In this document: piece after piece, positions 7,442-16,508 of the stretch
Numbering within the stretch: position 1 is the stretch's first letter
How the letters are laid out: each line of letters starts with the position of its first letter
Assembly (NCBI GenBank): GCA_964499705.1
Contig: CAZCME010000024.1
Coordinates: 56,677 to 76,676 of the forward strand
DNA: 20,000 bases
DNA from: an uncultured bacterium
GTDB taxonomy: Bacteria > UBA8481
Reading direction: 5' to 3'
Made by a program: the position numbers and the translations under genes
The notes under the pieces: generated by a model
Told to the model about the DNA's origin: nothing
Seen by the model: the letters and a program-made list of their open reading frames with translations, nothing else
The model's database searches: none

Positions 7442-8398
7442 ATGTCCATATCATTCATCCCGCGCCCGCTCCGTCGGGCGCTCCTCTGCCTGTCGGCATT
7501 CTGGTTCCTCTCGATGCCGGCGTCCGCGAAGGTCAAAGTCGTGGCCACGCTGCCCGACCTCGCGTCGCTGGCGCGCGCCGTCGGCGGCGATTTGGTTACG
7601 GTCGATCAGCTGACGCAGGCAAATCAGGATCCTCACCATGTCAACGCGTCGCCATCCATGGTTGTGCGCCTCTCGCAGGCCGATCTCTTCGTCATGAACG
7701 GCCTCGACCTCGAGGTGGGCTGGGTCCCCGCGCTGCTCCAGGCTTCTCGAAGCCAGAAGGTGCGGCCGGGCGGTCCCGGATACGTCGACGCCTCCATCAA
7801 GGTGCCCGTGATCGAAGCGCCCTCGGGGCCGATCGATCGGTCGATGGGAGACGTTCATCCTTTCGGCAATCCGCACTACACTCTGGACGCGGGCCGATGC
7901 AAGTGGGCGGCGTGGAATATCGCCAACGGTCTTATCCGCGTCGACGCGGCGAACGCGGAGCAATACATAACCAATTTGAAAAATCTCTACGCGCGCATCG
8001 ATGCTGCGCTCGCCCGCGCCCGGGAGGCGATGAAACCGTACCGAGGGTCGAGCGTCATCATCTATCACGCCCGCCCCAACTATCTTCTCGACCGACTCGG
8101 TCTTCGCGTCGCCGCGACGATCGAACCTCTGCCGGGCATTCCTCCATCGGCCGCGCAGATCGGACGGATCATCAGTTCGCAGAAGAGCAAGGGCATTCGA
8201 GCCGTCCTGATCGAGCCGTGGAACGACCGCCGCGTCGCGGAACAGGTCGCGGCGGGCCTCGGAGAAGGCACGTCCGTGGTCGTTCCCAAGCAAGCTGTCG
8301 GATCGGACCCGGCCGCCGTGGACGCGATCGCTCTGTTCGAACAGAATGTCGCGCTGATCGTGAGCGCGCTTAAGGGTTCGGAAGGAGCGGCCCATTAA
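7442..8398 (+). CDS. Metal (Zn/Mn-type, cluster A-I) ABC transporter substrate-binding protein, ZnuA/TroA family
   Basis: Signal peptide, VVATLPDL, QDPHH, ADLFVMNGLDLE, GDVHPFGNPHY, YH, IEPLPGIPPS. Confidence 0.9.
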   Translation: MSISFIPRPLRRALLCLSAFWFLSMPASAKVKVVATLPDLASLARAVGGDLVTVDQLTQANQDPHHVNASPSMVVRLSQADLFVMNGLDLEVGWVPALLQASRSQKVRPGGPGYVDASIKVPVIEAPSGPIDRSMGDVHPFGNPHYTLDAGRCKWAAWNIANGLIRVDAANAEQYITNLKNLYARIDAALARAREAMKPYRGSSVIIYHARPNYLLDRLGLRVAATIEPLPGIPPSAAQIGRIISSQKSKGIRAVLIEPWNDRRVAEQVAAGLGEGTSVVVPKQAVGSDPAAVDAIALFEQNVALIVSALKGSEGAAH

Positions 8399-8402
8399 CA
8401 AG

Positions 8403-9164
8403 GTGAGTTTTCCTCTCATCGAATTCCGCAACGCAAAATTCGGATACGGTCGGAAGATCGTTCTCGAGAGCGTCTCGATCGACATCCGGCGCGGCGATCT
8501 GCTCGGGCTCGTCGGCCCGAACGGCTCCGGCAAGACAACGCTCCTTCGGGGCATGTTGGGACAACTGAGTCCGCTCGCAGGGGAAGTCTTGCGCCCCCAG
8601 GGGCGACCGAGCCGGATCGGATTCATGCCGCAGCGGGAGAATCTCAACCCGATCTGGCCATTGCGCGTCATCGACGTCGCTCTCATGGGGCGGCTGGTTC
8701 TGCGCGGGCCGCTGCGGAGATTCACGGCGGATGACATCGCCGAAGCCACCCGCGCTCTGGACGCCGCCGGCATCGCGCACCTGGCGCGCGAGCCGGTCTC
8801 GCGCCTTTCGGGCGGCCAGGTCCAGCGCGCGCTTCTTGCCCGCGCGCTCGCGGCGCAACCGGAGATTCTCGTCCTCGATGAACCGACGACGGGGATGGAC
8901 CTGGGAGGTTCGACCGCGATGCTCCGCCTCATCCGTTCGCTGCACAAAGAGCGTCAGCTCACCGTCCTTTTCGTCTCGCACGACCTCAACGCCGTCGCCG
9001 CCGTCGCCACCCGCATCGTCCTCCTTCATGAGGGTGTCGTCCGCGAAGGAGACGCGGAAACGATTCTGTCCGCGGATATTCTCGGACAGATCTATCATCT
9101 TGATGTGGTGATCGGCAATATCGCGGGACATCATGTCGTCGCCGCCCGGGATGCGAGGCCATGA
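8403..9164 (+). CDS. Metal ABC transporter ATP-binding protein (ZnuC-like)
   Basis: GTG start; GPNGSGKTT Walker A, LSGGQ signature, LVLDEPTTGMD, VSHDL. Confidence 0.92.
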   Translation: MSFPLIEFRNAKFGYGRKIVLESVSIDIRRGDLLGLVGPNGSGKTTLLRGMLGQLSPLAGEVLRPQGRPSRIGFMPQRENLNPIWPLRVIDVALMGRLVLRGPLRRFTADDIAEATRALDAAGIAHLAREPVSRLSGGQVQRALLARALAAQPEILVLDEPTTGMDLGGSTAMLRLIRSLHKERQLTVLFVSHDLNAVAAVATRIVLLHEGVVREGDAETILSADILGQIYHLDVVIGNIAGHHVVAARDARP

Positions 9165-9979
9165 CGGCGCTCGCGGAAATCTACGGGCAATCCTTCATGC
9201 GCGACGCGCTCTGCGCCGCCGTCCTCTCCGGCGCCATGCTCGCCTATCTCGGCCTCTTCATCGTCCTCCGCCGCACTGTATTCCTGGGCGCCGCGCTTCC
9301 GCAGCTCGCGGCCCTCGGCGCAGCAGGCGCCATGGTCGCCGGAATCCCGCCGACCGGGGGAGCGCTGGCGGGAACCATTCTCGGCGTCGCCGCGCTCTCG
9401 CTCGTCTCGCCTCGCGGCCGCGTGCCGGCCGACGGCGCCGTCGGCGTCGCTTTCGCGCTCGCTTCCTCCGCCACGCTCCTTATTCTCGCCCGCTCCGCTC
9501 AAGGCGAAACTCATGTGCTCCAGATTCTCTCCGGCGATATCCTCGGAACCACACAGGTGGAGATTTTCTGGATGGCGGGCATCTTCGGAGCGACGGCGCT
9601 GCTGCACTACGCGTGCTGGAAGGAATTCCTGTTCGTTTCGTACGATCCCGATATGGCGGCCACCCTCGGTCTCCGCATCCGCTTTTGGGATGGGCTCCTC
9701 TTCTTCTCCCTCGCCGCCTGCGTGGCGCTCGCGCTACGCGTCTCCGGCGCCATCGTCTCCTTCGCCTTCCTCATCGGACCTTCCGTCGCGGCGCTTCTCG
9801 TCTCCAGACGGTTTCCCGTCATCATCGCGACGGCCATCATCCTGGGCGCTCTTTCAGCGGCGGCGGGCCTGACGCTTTCCTTCTTCGAGGACCTTCCGAG
9901 CGGGCCGACGATCGCCGCGTGTTCGCTTGTGCCGATCCTGCCGGCCATGCTAGGACGATGGTTCGTTCGCGAGGCGTAA
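9161..9979 (+). CDS. Metal ABC transporter permease (ZnuB/MntB, ABC-3 family)
   Basis: LGLFIVLRR, LSGDILG, KEFLFVSYDPDMAATLG, DLPSGPTI; multiple TM helices. Confidence 0.9.
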   Translation: MTALAEIYGQSFMRDALCAAVLSGAMLAYLGLFIVLRRTVFLGAALPQLAALGAAGAMVAGIPPTGGALAGTILGVAALSLVSPRGRVPADGAVGVAFALASSATLLILARSAQGETHVLQILSGDILGTTQVEIFWMAGIFGATALLHYACWKEFLFVSYDPDMAATLGLRIRFWDGLLFFSLAACVALALRVSGAIVSFAFLIGPSVAALLVSRRFPVIIATAIILGALSAAAGLTLSFFEDLPSGPTIAACSLVPILPAMLGRWFVREA

Positions 9980-11986
9980 GGGTAATTTCGTCTTCTCGAT
10001 CCACCGATCGATGGCGGGGCGAGGCGAGTCTCCGAGATAGACAAGCAGGCGGAATTTCCGCGTCGTGCTGACCGTGATGGCGACGGGATCAGCCAGATCG
10101 CGCCTCGTATCGGCGATCAGCGTGATCGTGCTCTTGCCCATCTTCATACGGCGGATGCCGTGGCGCTCGAGAAGATTGATGCGCCAGGTAATGGTGTTGC
10201 TCGGAGCGTCGATCTCGATGCCGAGAACGTTTTCAATGAGGAGCGCGACAGGACCGACGCCGGACCAGCCGCAGAACTTCTGGCGCACGAGGAGCTTTGC
10301 ATCCCATCGCGTGGCCGGAGCTTCATGGTCGGGGGAATAGGCCTCCCAGATCTGCCGGATTCCGTTTCCATTGCGAGGTATGTTCGGCTCGGTCAGCGAC
10401 GGCAGCTTGAACTCATACTGGTCCGGGCTGAAGGAATGATAGACGCGGCTCATCTGCTCAATGTGATTCATCGACGCTTCATGCGCGAAAGTCCGGTCAA
10501 AGCGTTCGATCCCTTTGATGACGGCGAAGTTCGTGGGAGCCCAGATCGCGCCCCGCCAGTAGTGTCCGCGGCCGTCGTAAACCGGATCATCCGCGGACAG
10601 GGTCGGGAAGAGATGAGCGCGATGAAACTCGGCCGGATTCCTGAGGTGCTTTTGGATCATGAGCTTTGCCCGGCGCGCATCCGCGACTCCGGCCACCATC
10701 GGCCAGAAGGACGCGATCGTCTTCCGGGAATGCCAGGCTCCGTCCTCCCTGCGGTCGAAATACATCCCTTCTTCCTCATGCCAAAGGTAGTCATTGATCC
10801 GCCGGGACAGGCTCGCGTATTCATCCTCGTATTTGCGCCGCAGCATTTCATTTCCCGCGGCGGAGGCCAGCCTCGCGATGTGCAGAGCGGCCAGCGCCTG
10901 CTGTGATGAGATGTCGATCCAGGCACCGTGACGGACGTATTCTTCGCGCGGAGAATTATCCATGCCTGATCCGAGATCAGTAATGTGATACAGGCCGTTT
11001 CCGTGCTCGGAACGCGCGTTCTTCTTCACGAACTCGAAGTACCGGTCCAGGACGGGCAGGACGCGCGACAGGCGCTTCGTATCTCCCGTCAGCGTATAGT
11101 ACCGGTCCTCCATCCATGCAAAGAGCGGAGGATTGATGTCGTTCTCGCCCGTGGCCTTGCCGGTCAGCTCATTGTACGTCCGGCAGATATATCCGTCGGA
11201 GTCGCGCTGGAGGCCGTAAAAATTGTCCAGCGTCGGCATGACGGGAAAAACACCGAGACCGTACATCGCATAGGCCACCATGAAGCAGGAATCCCACTGG
11301 TAGATGTTCTCGTTGAAACCTTCGTCGATATAGAGAGGAACGAATCCGTTCCGGACGCGTCCCCGCGTGATCTTCTCGTGCATGAACTTCCACGACGCCC
11401 AGTACAGGTCGATCCAGTCCGCGTGGTCGTCGAGAATAGGTTCCGGCAGTCGGCGCTTCACGGCCGCCGTCAGTTCCGGAGCGGGCCTCGGCTCCGGAGG
11501 CTCCTTCACGATCATGCGAGCGGGCTTGTCCGATCCGAGAGCGTAGACATCCGCCGCACCCGAGATTACAACGGCCTGGTTGCCGTTGGAGATCGCGTAG
11601 AACTGGTCCGTGCCCGGGTCCTTCAGCCAGCTGTCCGTCCGCACGATGATACCGAGCACCTGCGCGTTCCGATCGAAGAATTCCTTCCGCTTCGTTCTGT
11701 AATAGGCCACGCCGTCCAGAACTCCGGTGAAGGAAAACCGGGAGCCCGATCCGTCCTGTTTCCAGAGCCAGAGATTCCAGTCCGCATACTTTCCATCCGG
11801 CCGGAAATAATAGAGCGCAAATTCATCGCGCCTGATCTTCAGCTTCGCGGATGCTGTCTCCACGCGATCCATCGACTCTCTCACAGTCCCCCTGTCACTC
11901 GCATGAACTCGATTTCCTCTGTCTCCGGACAACAACGCGATCGTCATCGCGGCAAGGAGAAGAACGACACCCCGGATCCTGCTCAT
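9950..11986 (-). CDS. Secreted glycoside hydrolase: N-terminal CBM41/pullulanase-associated-like module plus (alpha/alpha)6 GH63/MGH1/trehalase-like domain
   Basis: Signal peptide from ATG 11986 (the track starts at TTG 12007). YYFRPDGKYADWNLWLW resembles CBM41; IYQWDSCF, NPPLFAW, GSGMDNSPR, YWRGAIWAPTN and IWEAYSP are GH63/37-like motifs. Confidence 0.8.
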   Translation of the reverse strand: MSRIRGVVLLLAAMTIALLSGDRGNRVHASDRGTVRESMDRVETASAKLKIRRDEFALYYFRPDGKYADWNLWLWKQDGSGSRFSFTGVLDGVAYYRTKRKEFFDRNAQVLGIIVRTDSWLKDPGTDQFYAISNGNQAVVISGAADVYALGSDKPARMIVKEPPEPRPAPELTAAVKRRLPEPILDDHADWIDLYWASWKFMHEKITRGRVRNGFVPLYIDEGFNENIYQWDSCFMVAYAMYGLGVFPVMPTLDNFYGLQRDSDGYICRTYNELTGKATGENDINPPLFAWMEDRYYTLTGDTKRLSRVLPVLDRYFEFVKKNARSEHGNGLYHITDLGSGMDNSPREEYVRHGAWIDISSQQALAALHIARLASAAGNEMLRRKYEDEYASLSRRINDYLWHEEEGMYFDRREDGAWHSRKTIASFWPMVAGVADARRAKLMIQKHLRNPAEFHRAHLFPTLSADDPVYDGRGHYWRGAIWAPTNFAVIKGIERFDRTFAHEASMNHIEQMSRVYHSFSPDQYEFKLPSLTEPNIPRNGNGIRQIWEAYSPDHEAPATRWDAKLLVRQKFCGWSGVGPVALLIENVLGIEIDAPSNTITWRINLLERHGIRRMKMGKSTITLIADTRRDLADPVAITVSTTRKFRLLVYLGDSPRPAIDRWIEKTKLPLRLANEPSS

Positions 11987-12149
11987 CCCGGGACGACGTC
12001 GACGCAATCAGAGCTCAATACCATCGCTGCAGGTTACTTATTTCCCGCCGACGCGTCATCAGCGTTCTTTGCCCGCTACCGGAGGCCGTAAAACCGCGAA
12101 GCTCAAAATGGAAGGCGATGTTGGCAGGCCCATGAGATAACATGAGCGC

Positions 12150-12710
12150 ATGAAGATCCGAAGGGTCATCCTGATTGTCGCCATTGTCCTCGCGGGACTG
12201 GCGGGTTTCCAAATCTGGAGCGGCACGCGAAACCTGGCGTCCCCGGACGGAAGCATCCCTATCGATTTTCAACATCTCGATTTCTACCGCTTCGAGGTGA
12301 CCGATCTCGGTGAAACGCATGGCGTCATTCCCGATTCCGTCCGGGACTACGACGGCCAGAAGATCACGATCCAGGGATACATGATGCCGCTCGACATGGA
12401 CGGGGACAAGGCGCTCTCGTTCATGCTGGCCCGGGACCAGCAGATGTGCTGCTACGGCGTCACTCCCCCGCCGAACGGCTGGATCTACGCCGAAATGCCC
12501 GATAGCGGAACAACCGACTACGTCATCGATTATCCGATCCTGGTGACCGGAACGCTGGAGGTCGGCGAACGCTATGACGAGGAGGGAATCTTCCTCTCGC
12601 TCTATCGGATGCGCGTGGAAAAAGTCCATCTGCCCGAGAACATGCGCGACCTGACGGAACGCATGCGCAACATGCAGCAGGATATCCTGGATCGCTCCGC
12701 TTCCAGATAG
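12150..12710 (+). CDS. DUF3299-family protein (ZrgD-like), copy 1
   Basis: N-terminal TM or signal; YDGQKITIQGYMMPL, FMLARDQQMCCYGVTPPPNGWI, PILVTGTLEVG, SLYRM. Confidence 0.8.
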   Translation: MKIRRVILIVAIVLAGLAGFQIWSGTRNLASPDGSIPIDFQHLDFYRFEVTDLGETHGVIPDSVRDYDGQKITIQGYMMPLDMDGDKALSFMLARDQQMCCYGVTPPPNGWIYAEMPDSGTTDYVIDYPILVTGTLEVGERYDEEGIFLSLYRMRVEKVHLPENMRDLTERMRNMQQDILDRSASR

Positions 12711-12713
12711 CCG

Positions 12714-12731
12714 GGCGGTTTTTCAGCCGCC
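12714..12731. terminator. Short hairpin between convergent genes (possible bidirectional terminator)
   Basis: GGCGGTT-TTTC-AGCCGCC in the 29-bp gap between two converging stop codons; no strong U-tract. Confidence 0.35.
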
Positions 12732-12739
12732 AAGGCTTC

Positions 12740-13156
12740 TCAAGCGCACTCCGCGCAGATGCCGAAGAGCGTCAGATCATGGCCTTCGCAGATGAATCCG
12801 CGGGGAGTCAAACGCTTCAGATTTTTCGGACAACCGTGGACCTCGTAGAGCCGGTCGCAGCGGCGGCAGAGGAAATGGTGGTGGTGGTGCTTGCCGGCCA
12901 GCTCGTATCGAGGAGGAGCTCCCGGCATGTCCACGATGGCGAGCCGGCCCTCAGCCGAGAGCATTTTCAGGTTACGGTAGACCGTGGCGATCCCGATTCC
13001 GCGGGACCGTCGTCGCGCGGCGGCCAGGATTTCCTGCGGGCCGATCGGTCGGTCGACGGCCTGCATGACCTGGAGAATCGCATTCCTCTGCCGCGTCCTG
13101 CGTTCCATCAGGACGGGCGCGGGAACCGGCCCGGCTTTTCGCGACTTTGCTTTCAC
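12740..13156 (-). CDS. Fur-family metal-responsive repressor (Zur-like by context)
   Basis: RRTRQRNAIL, GIGIATVYRNLK, HHHHHFLCRRC and C-terminal CAEC (two CxxC). Start is GTG 13156 or ATG 13108. Confidence 0.92.
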   Translation of the reverse strand: MKAKSRKAGPVPAPVLMERRTRQRNAILQVMQAVDRPIGPQEILAAARRRSRGIGIATVYRNLKMLSAEGRLAIVDMPGAPPRYELAGKHHHHHFLCRRCDRLYEVHGCPKNLKRLTPRGFICEGHDLTLFGICAECA

Positions 13157-13163
13157 AGGCGCG

Positions 13164-13192
13164 ATAATAATACCGCATTATCATCTGGACAA
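13164..13192 (-). promoter_or_regulatory. Putative promoter of the Fur-family gene, TTGTCC-N17-TATTAT
   Basis: On the minus strand, -35 at 13192-13187 and -10 at 13169-13164; GTG at 13156 follows after 7 nt. Confidence 0.5.
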
Positions 13193-13200
13193 CCGTTTTT

Positions 13201-13224
13201 GTAATGATAACATCTTCTCATTAC
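13201..13224. promoter_or_regulatory. Fur/Zur-family operator-like palindrome, copy 2
   Basis: GTAATGATAA-CATC-TTCTCATTAC (10-4-10, one mismatch) in the divergent fur/rcnA-like intergenic region, overlapping a candidate TGnTAACAT -10. Confidence 0.7.
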
Positions 13225-13277
13225 CTGAGAGGGCTCCCGGAAAACGCCGGCTCGACCGGCATGCTGAAAGGATCGTC

Positions 13278-14006
13278 GTGACGGATCAACCTGTATTCAC
13301 CTTTGCTTCGGCCTTCATCCTGGGGCTCCTGCACAGCATGGAACCGAGCCACGCCAAGGCCGTGCTGGCCTCGTATTTCCTCGATCACCGCCGCACCCTG
13401 GCGGAAGCCTTCTTCTTCGCCGTCGTCGTCACGGTCGCGCATACGCTCACCATCTATCTCCTCGCCGCTCTTCTTCTCGGCTCCGGGTCGCTCCTGCCGG
13501 ATAGCCTGCCCTTCGAGGAACATCACGCGGAAGCGGTGTCGGGATTCCTGATGGTGGCCCTGGGAGCCTGGATGCTTCGCGAAGAGAAGCGGGCCAACTT
13601 TCACAGGGATAACGCGCCCGATCATGATCATGCGTGCGGCCATCTCTTCCATCATCATGGATATCATCACCATCACGACGCCGCGCCCTCTTCCCTGCGC
13701 GGAATCTTCGTCATCGGTTTCTGCAGCGGTTCCATCCCCTGCATGACCGGCATAGCGGTCCTCCTTCAGGCCTGGGTCGCCGAAACACCCGCGCGCGGTT
13801 TCGGCCTGCTGGGCGTCTTCAGCCTCGGCCTCGGACTTGTCGTTCTCGTCATGAGCGTCGCGACGCAGCAGGCCGCGCAGTTCATGAAGCGATACTGGAA
13901 CGGAGCATCGCGCTGGACGAGGTACCTGCCTACAATAAGCGGTTCCCTGATCCTCCTCATGGGAATCTTCGTCCTCGTCCGGTCTCTTCTCGGCGAGGAA
14001 CATTGA
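13278..14006 (+). CDS. RcnA/NicO-like Ni/Co transporter with His-rich loop
   Basis: Start reassigned to GTG 13278 (AAAGGA upstream). LGLLHSMEPSHAKAVLASY resembles the RcnA HxLEPGH motif; TVAHT, His-rich DHDHACGHLFHHHGYHHHHD loop, GSIPC, FSLGLG. Confidence 0.85.
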   Translation: MTDQPVFTFASAFILGLLHSMEPSHAKAVLASYFLDHRRTLAEAFFFAVVVTVAHTLTIYLLAALLLGSGSLLPDSLPFEEHHAEAVSGFLMVALGAWMLREEKRANFHRDNAPDHDHACGHLFHHHGYHHHHDAAPSSLRGIFVIGFCSGSIPCMTGIAVLLQAWVAETPARGFGLLGVFSLGLGLVVLVMSVATQQAAQFMKRYWNGASRWTRYLPTISGSLILLMGIFVLVRSLLGEEH

Positions 14007-14010
14007 CCCC

Positions 14011-14688
14011 ATGCCGAACGTCCTCGAAATCGAAAGTCTTCGAAAATCTTTTCTTGGCCCGGATGGCAAACAATCGACTGTTCTCGATATAGCGTCCTTC
14101 CTCGTCGCGGACGGCGAGAGCGTCGCCATGCGGGGCGAGAGCGGGACCGGCAAAACCACGCTCCTGAATGTCATCGCCGGAATCCTGCGCGCCGACGATG
14201 GCCGCGTCACGGTGGCGGGAAGGGAAATGTCCGCCTTATCGGAACGAGCCCGCGACCGCGCGCGCGCGGATTCGATCGGATATATCTTTCAGACATTCCA
14301 TCTCCTTCAGGGGCTCACCGTTCTCGAGAACGTCACGCTCGGCATGGCTTTCGGAGGCAATTTCGAGAAGGATCGCGGGCGGGAACTCTTGAAGCGCATG
14401 GGAATCGACTCGCACGCGGCCCATCTTCCGCGAACCCTGTCCGTTGGTCAGCAGCAGCGTGTCGCGATCGCCCGCGCGCTGGCCAACAAGCCACGGCTCG
14501 TTCTCGCCGATGAGCCCACCGGCAACCTGGACACGGGTCGCGCCAGGGAGGCCGTTGCTCTCATCCGGGAAGTCTGCCGGGAAAACGGAGCGGCCCTCCT
14601 TCTCGTCAGCCACGATCCCTCCATTCTGGCGGGCTGCGACCGCATCATTCCGCTCGCCGAGATCAACCGCGCGGGTCAAGCTTCATGA
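14011..14688 (+). CDS. ABC ATP-binding protein, LolD/MacB type (ZrgB-like)
   Basis: GESGTGKTT, IGYIFQTFHLL, LSVGQQQRVAIARAL, LADEPTGNLD. Confidence 0.92.
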   Translation: MPNVLEIESLRKSFLGPDGKQSTVLDIASFLVADGESVAMRGESGTGKTTLLNVIAGILRADDGRVTVAGREMSALSERARDRARADSIGYIFQTFHLLQGLTVLENVTLGMAFGGNFEKDRGRELLKRMGIDSHAAHLPRTLSVGQQQRVAIARALANKPRLVLADEPTGNLDTGRAREAVALIREVCRENGAALLLVSHDPSILAGCDRIIPLAEINRAGQAS

Positions 14689-15956
14689 CGAACTCCACGT
14701 TTTCAGTTGTCCGGCTTCTGGTGCGCCGCAGCCTCGCGCAGCATGCCGTCGCCACAGGCATCACAATTCTCTCCGTCGCTCTCGCCTCCGGACTTCTTCT
14801 CTCAGTCTTCGCAATCCAGTCCCAGGCCTACTCCGCCTTCACGGGCGGGCCGATCGGATTCGACGCGATCCTCGGGGCGCGCGGAAGCCAGCTCCAACTC
14901 GTCCTCAATTGCATCTTCCACCTCGAAACCTCCCCCGGAAACCTGCCCTGGAAACTTTTTCGTTCCATCAAGGATGATCCCAGGGTTTCGCTCGCCATCC
15001 CCTACGCGGTCGGCGACAACTATTTTGGATTCCGGATCGTCGGAACGACCGACGAACTATTCACACGCTTCGAATACCAGGCCGGCTCGAAATTCCGGAC
15101 GCGTGAGGGTGGACATTTCTTCGACTCCTCCCGGAAGGAAGCCGTGATCGGCAGCTTTGTCGCTCAGCAGACCGGCCTCCGCGAAGGTTCGAAGTTCTCC
15201 CCGTATCACGGCGTCATCTTCGACGAGAAGATGCTGCACGAGGAGCAATACGTCGTGACAGGCGTCCTGGAACCTACGAATTCACCCGCCGACCGCGTCA
15301 TCTGGATCCCGATCGAGGGGATCTTCCGGATGGGCGGTCATGTGCTCCGCGGTTCCGGCGACGAGTTCAAGGCGGAAGCGGGAGTGGAGATCCCGGACGA
15401 GCATAAGGAAGTAAGCGCCGTCATGCTTAAACTCAAATCGCCCCAATCGGGATTCTCACTGGATCGTCTCATCAACAGGCAGGGCAAAGAGGCGACGCTC
15501 GCGTGGCCGATCGGACGGGTGATGGCGGAGCTCTTCCAGAAGATCGGCTGGGTGAACCGCGTTCTCGAACTCGTCGCTTATCTCGTCGTCGTCGTCGCCG
15601 CCGCGTCGATCCTCGCCAGCGTCTACAACACCTTGCGGGAACGCCGCCGCGAGTTCGCGATCCTTCGGGCGCTCGGAGCGCGCCGCCGCGTCATCTTCTC
15701 CGTCATAGTTTTCGAAGCCACGGCCATCGCCGCCGCCGGTTCTCTCCTCGGCGTCATCGTGTATGCCGGGATTCTGTCTATCGCCAGCAGCATCGTCCGC
15801 GCCGAGACGGGAGTCGTGCTGAACGTCTTTCAGTATCATCCTGTGCTCCTCTTCGGCCCGCTCGGCATGACCGCGCTCGGCGCCCTGGCCGGTCTTCTGC
15901 CCGCGTGGAGCGCCTATCGTACGGACGTCAGTGAAAATCTTGTTCCCCACTCCTGA
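14685..15956 (+). CDS. MacB/FtsX-family ABC permease (ZrgC-like)
   Basis: FDAILGARGSQLQLVLNCIFH, AIPYAVGDNY.GFRIVGT, periplasmic H-containing segment, ERRREFAILRALGA, GLLPAWSAYRTDV. Confidence 0.88.
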   Translation: MTNSTFSVVRLLVRRSLAQHAVATGITILSVALASGLLLSVFAIQSQAYSAFTGGPIGFDAILGARGSQLQLVLNCIFHLETSPGNLPWKLFRSIKDDPRVSLAIPYAVGDNYFGFRIVGTTDELFTRFEYQAGSKFRTREGGHFFDSSRKEAVIGSFVAQQTGLREGSKFSPYHGVIFDEKMLHEEQYVVTGVLEPTNSPADRVIWIPIEGIFRMGGHVLRGSGDEFKAEAGVEIPDEHKEVSAVMLKLKSPQSGFSLDRLINRQGKEATLAWPIGRVMAELFQKIGWVNRVLELVAYLVVVVAAASILASVYNTLRERRREFAILRALGARRRVIFSVIVFEATAIAAAGSLLGVIVYAGILSIASSIVRAETGVVLNVFQYHPVLLFGPLGMTALGALAGLLPAWSAYRTDVSENLVPHS

Positions 15957-15968
15957 GGAGGCCAGCAA

Positions 15969-16508
15969 ATGAAATACCCGGCGATGGTTCTTGTTCTCAG
16001 CGCAGTCTTCGCGGCGGCCGCGTGCGGTGGTAATTCTCGCGAGCCGGTTTCTCAGGCCGGGACGCAGACCGTCACGGTCGCCGTTCCGAAGCCGGAGACC
16101 GACACGGATCACGGTCATCACGCTCACTCCGCGCCGCACGGAGGAACGCTCGTCGTCCTCGGCGAGGAGATGGCTCATCTGGAGCTTCTGCTCGACACGT
16201 CCACCGGCCAGCTCGTCGCGTACGCGCTCGACGGCGAAGCGGAGAACGCCATCCGGTTGAAGCAGCCCGAGATCGAGATCCGGATCGCGGGCAATTCGGG
16301 CATGGCGGGCGACACCATCCGGCTGAAGGCCGTGGCGAATGTTCTGACCGGGGAGACTTCGGGCGATGCGTCGCAATTCGAAGGCTCCCTGAAATCGCTG
16401 TCGGGGAAATCGCGATTCGAAGGAATCGTTCATCGCGTCGAATTGATGGGCATTCTTCATGAAGACGTTCCTTTCCGATATCCTGAAGGCAATGAAGACC
16501 CCGAATAG
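15969..16508 (+). CDS. His-rich putative metal-binding lipoprotein
   Basis: GAGGAGG SD; lipobox-like FAAAAC; DHGHHAHSAPHGGTLVVLG..AHLELL. Confidence 0.75.
   Translation: MKYPAMVLVLSAVFAAAACGGNSREPVSQAGTQTVTVAVPKPETDTDHGHHAHSAPHGGTLVVLGEEMAHLELLLDTSTGQLVAYALDGEAENAIRLKQPEIEIRIAGNSGMAGDTIRLKAVANVLTGETSGDASQFEGSLKSLSGKSRFEGIVHRVELMGILHEDVPFRYPEGNEDPE

Noticed and set aside
12984-13277. Long N-terminal extension of the RcnA-like ORF
   Set aside because: Overlaps the Fur-family gene antisense and its promoter region; a GTG with SD exists at 13278.
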